In this document: positions 15,614 through 17,555 of the stretch, in pieces
How positions within the stretch are numbered: position 1 is the first letter of the stretch
Layout: each line of letters begins with the position of its first letter
Source of the DNA: Thermodesulfovibrionales bacterium
Lineage (GTDB): Bacteria > Nitrospirota > Thermodesulfovibrionia > Thermodesulfovibrionales > SM23-35
Length of the DNA stretch: 17,555 nt
Assembly: GCA_963715195.1 (NCBI GenBank)
Contig: CAVQRT010000028.1
Span: 1-17,555, forward strand
Direction: 5' to 3'
Notes under the pieces: model-generated
What the model was told of the DNA's origin: nothing
The model's database searches: none
What the model saw: the letters and a program-made list of their open reading frames with translations, nothing else
Translations under genes and position numbers: made by a program

Positions 15614-16383
15614 GGAAAGACATGTGTATGAATGGTCAGGTAATCTCTTTGTCCGTGCTGAAAGAACTGCTCGGGAGCTCTGCCCCGAAGCGAGGGGAAC
15701 TCAGGCAGGCATACCGCGAACTCCCGGAGGCCGAATGCATGAGGAACGCACGGTGCTGTACCCTTCTGCCGGACACGACCCTGCTGGAGGCGCTTGTCGC
15801 CGTGCACAGGCTTATGGATATGCCGTCCGCATTAAGGCATGACATTGTTCAGGGGATTGTCCGCTATTTTTTCCTGAACCCGGCAGAGATAATGACATGC
15901 CCGTTCCTGGTAAACCGTGACTGCATGATTTACGAGGACAGGTTTTTTGGCTGCCGGGCATACGGTCTCTGGTCGAAGGCCTTTTACTATCAGCTCTCTG
16001 AGAGGACCAGGGAAGCGAAAAGATATGTCCGTGACCAGTGGAAGCGTCTCGGCGTAATTCTTCCCCAGGAGGTGACCGGGCATGAGGTTCCCTACTGTGA
16101 ACATGTGAAGATATCGGGGAACGGGTCATGCAAGGATGAAATGCTTCTCAGTCTCTCAGTAAATATTGAGCAATGGTCTGGCAACTTCCCCCCGTGGGAT
16201 CAACTCTATCCGGGAATGTACTTTTCTGACCTGAGCTTTCTCGTCACCGCGCTTGTATTCGGCGTGCATGAGGCAGTGAATCTGAAATTCCGGATTGTAA
16301 GCGATCTGGTGAAAACAGGCACCCGCGACAAACTGAATGTATCACTTGAACAGGTTCCCGATATATTTTCAGCGCTCTGCTGA
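15610..16383 (+). CDS. YkgJ/CxxCxxCC-family cysteine-cluster protein
   Basis: ECMRNARCC and CPFLVNRDCMIYEDRFFGCRAYG. ATGA overlap with the ygbA-like gene, with alternative ATGs at 15622 and 15628. Confidence 0.85.
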   Translation: MRKDMCMNGQVISLSVLKELLGSSAPKRGELRQAYRELPEAECMRNARCCTLLPDTTLLEALVAVHRLMDMPSALRHDIVQGIVRYFFLNPAEIMTCPFLVNRDCMIYEDRFFGCRAYGLWSKAFYYQLSERTREAKRYVRDQWKRLGVILPQEVTGHEVPYCEHVKISGNGSCKDEMLLSLSVNIEQWSGNFPPWDQLYPGMYFSDLSFLVTALVFGVHEAVNLKFRIVSDLVKTGTRDKLNVSLEQVPDIFSALC

Positions 16384-16455
16384 CCTGCGCATGTCGAGAT
16401 TGCATCGCATGTGCGAATAGGATATTATTTGATTCAGGACGGCATCGGAGGACAT

Positions 16456-17555
16456 ATGAAAGGAAGAGAAAAGGGGATGTTTCACATTGCGGAAACACGT
16501 GACATCGTTGATGGACGTATCACCGATGTATATTTTGACAGGACACTGAAAATTCTTCGGGCGAAAGGGATAAACCCCCGTGTGAAGGCCGAGTTCATCG
16601 CAAAGAAAATGCCCAATGACTGGCCATGGGCCCTTTTTACAGGCCTTGAAGAGGCCCTCCAGCTCATGCGGAAGCTCCCGGTCAGGGTCAGGGCCATGAG
16701 AGAGGGAACGGTCTTCTTCCCCGGTGAGCCGGTCATGGAGATAGAGGGAAGCTACCAGGATTTCTGTATTTACGAGACGGCGATTCTGGGGTTCATATGT
16801 CAGGCATCAGGCATTGCAACCAAGGCTGCACGTTTTAAAATGCGCGCGGGGACCCGGCCCGTGATAAGTTTCGGTGCCAGGAGGATGCACCCTGTCATCG
16901 CTCCGATGATTGAAAGGAATGCATACATCGGGGGATGCGACGGGGTCTCGGTAATCAAGTCGGCAGAGATGATCGGCGAGGACCCGATGGGAACCGTGCC
17001 GCACGCGCTGATTCTCTGCATGGGGTCGACTGTGGAGGCGATGAAGGCGTATGATGAGGTGCTTTCCTCCAGGCTGAAAAGGGTGGCATTGATAGACACG
17101 TTTCTCGATGAAAAATTTGAGGTTTTGAACGTTGCCAAAGCCCTTGGAAAGAAACTTTTTGCGGTCAGGTTTGACACTCCCTCATCAAGAAGGGGTGATT
17201 TCCCCCGTATCCTCGAGGAATGCAGGTGGGAACTGAAAGTGAGGGGGTATCATCATATAAAATTTTATGTGAGCGGAGGGATCAGGGAGGAAGACGTCCC
17301 TGTACTGAACCCTTTTGTTGACGGCTATGGGATCGGCACCTCCATCAGCAATGCCCCTGTCATTGACTATTCAATGGATATTATGGAGGTCGAGGGGAAG
17401 CCGCTCGCCAAGAGGGGTAAGTGGTCGGGCAGCAAAAGGGTGTTGAGATGCCCGAAGTGCAGGAGCGGGAAAATCGTTCCAAACAGCAGGTCCAGGCATA
17501 TGTGTTCGTGCGGGAAGGCTTTCCGGGACATTCTGGTCCCGGTGCTCGACAACGG
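16456..17555 (+). CDS. pncB: Nicotinate phosphoribosyltransferase (archaeal-type subgroup), 3'-truncated by the window edge
   Basis: Hand translation gives MFHIA...GRITDVYF, YETAILG..CQASGIATKAAR, SFGARRMHP, GTVPHAL, LIDTF, VRFDTPSSRRG, VSGGI and DGYGIGTSI. Start is ATG 16456 (GGAGG RBS) or the in-frame ATG 16477. The frame is open to the end of the window. Confidence 0.95.
   Translation, partial: MKGREKGMFHIAETRDIVDGRITDVYFDRTLKILRAKGINPRVKAEFIAKKMPNDWPWALFTGLEEALQLMRKLPVRVRAMREGTVFFPGEPVMEIEGSYQDFCIYETAILGFICQASGIATKAARFKMRAGTRPVISFGARRMHPVIAPMIERNAYIGGCDGVSVIKSAEMIGEDPMGTVPHALILCMGSTVEAMKAYDEVLSSRLKRVALIDTFLDEKFEVLNVAKALGKKLFAVRFDTPSSRRGDFPRILEECRWELKVRGYHHIKFYVSGGIREEDVPVLNPFVDGYGIGTSISNAPVIDYSMDIMEVEGKPLAKRGKWSGSKRVLRCPKCRSGKIVPNSRSRHMCSCGKAFRDILVPVLDN

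Noticed and set aside
16482..17552. Minus-strand ORFs at the right end
   Set aside because: They are antisense to pncB.

Overview
A 17.5-kb bacterial window, probably from an anaerobic Gram-negative lineage such as Nitrospirota or Desulfobacterota (inferred from gene content only). The left ~6 kb is an all-minus-strand stress/proteostasis cluster. It holds a cold-shock protein, an SPFH/prohibitin protein, a membrane zinc-ribbon protein, a 3' remnant of an RNB ribonuclease, FtsH, a short eRF1-like (host-attachment type) protein, a DUF4032-AAA+ ATPase and a conserved hypothetical protein. Four of these genes carry single-base frameshifts (eight in total) and no nonsense codons, and no frameshift was seen right of ~6.4 kb. 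The rest encodes a ribbon-helix-helix protein, a receiver-AraC regulator, a cNMP-binding protein, mlaEFDC, a divergent M48/TPR (BepA-like) lipoprotein, a histone H1-like protein, an unrecognised secreted protein, YgbA-like and YkgJ-like Cys-rich proteins, and a truncated archaeal-type pncB absent from the ORF track. Spacers at 7.7-8.3, 13.2-13.45 and 15.06-15.19 kb are mosaics of REP/MITE-like palindromes. No rRNA, tRNA, CRISPR array or transposase was seen.
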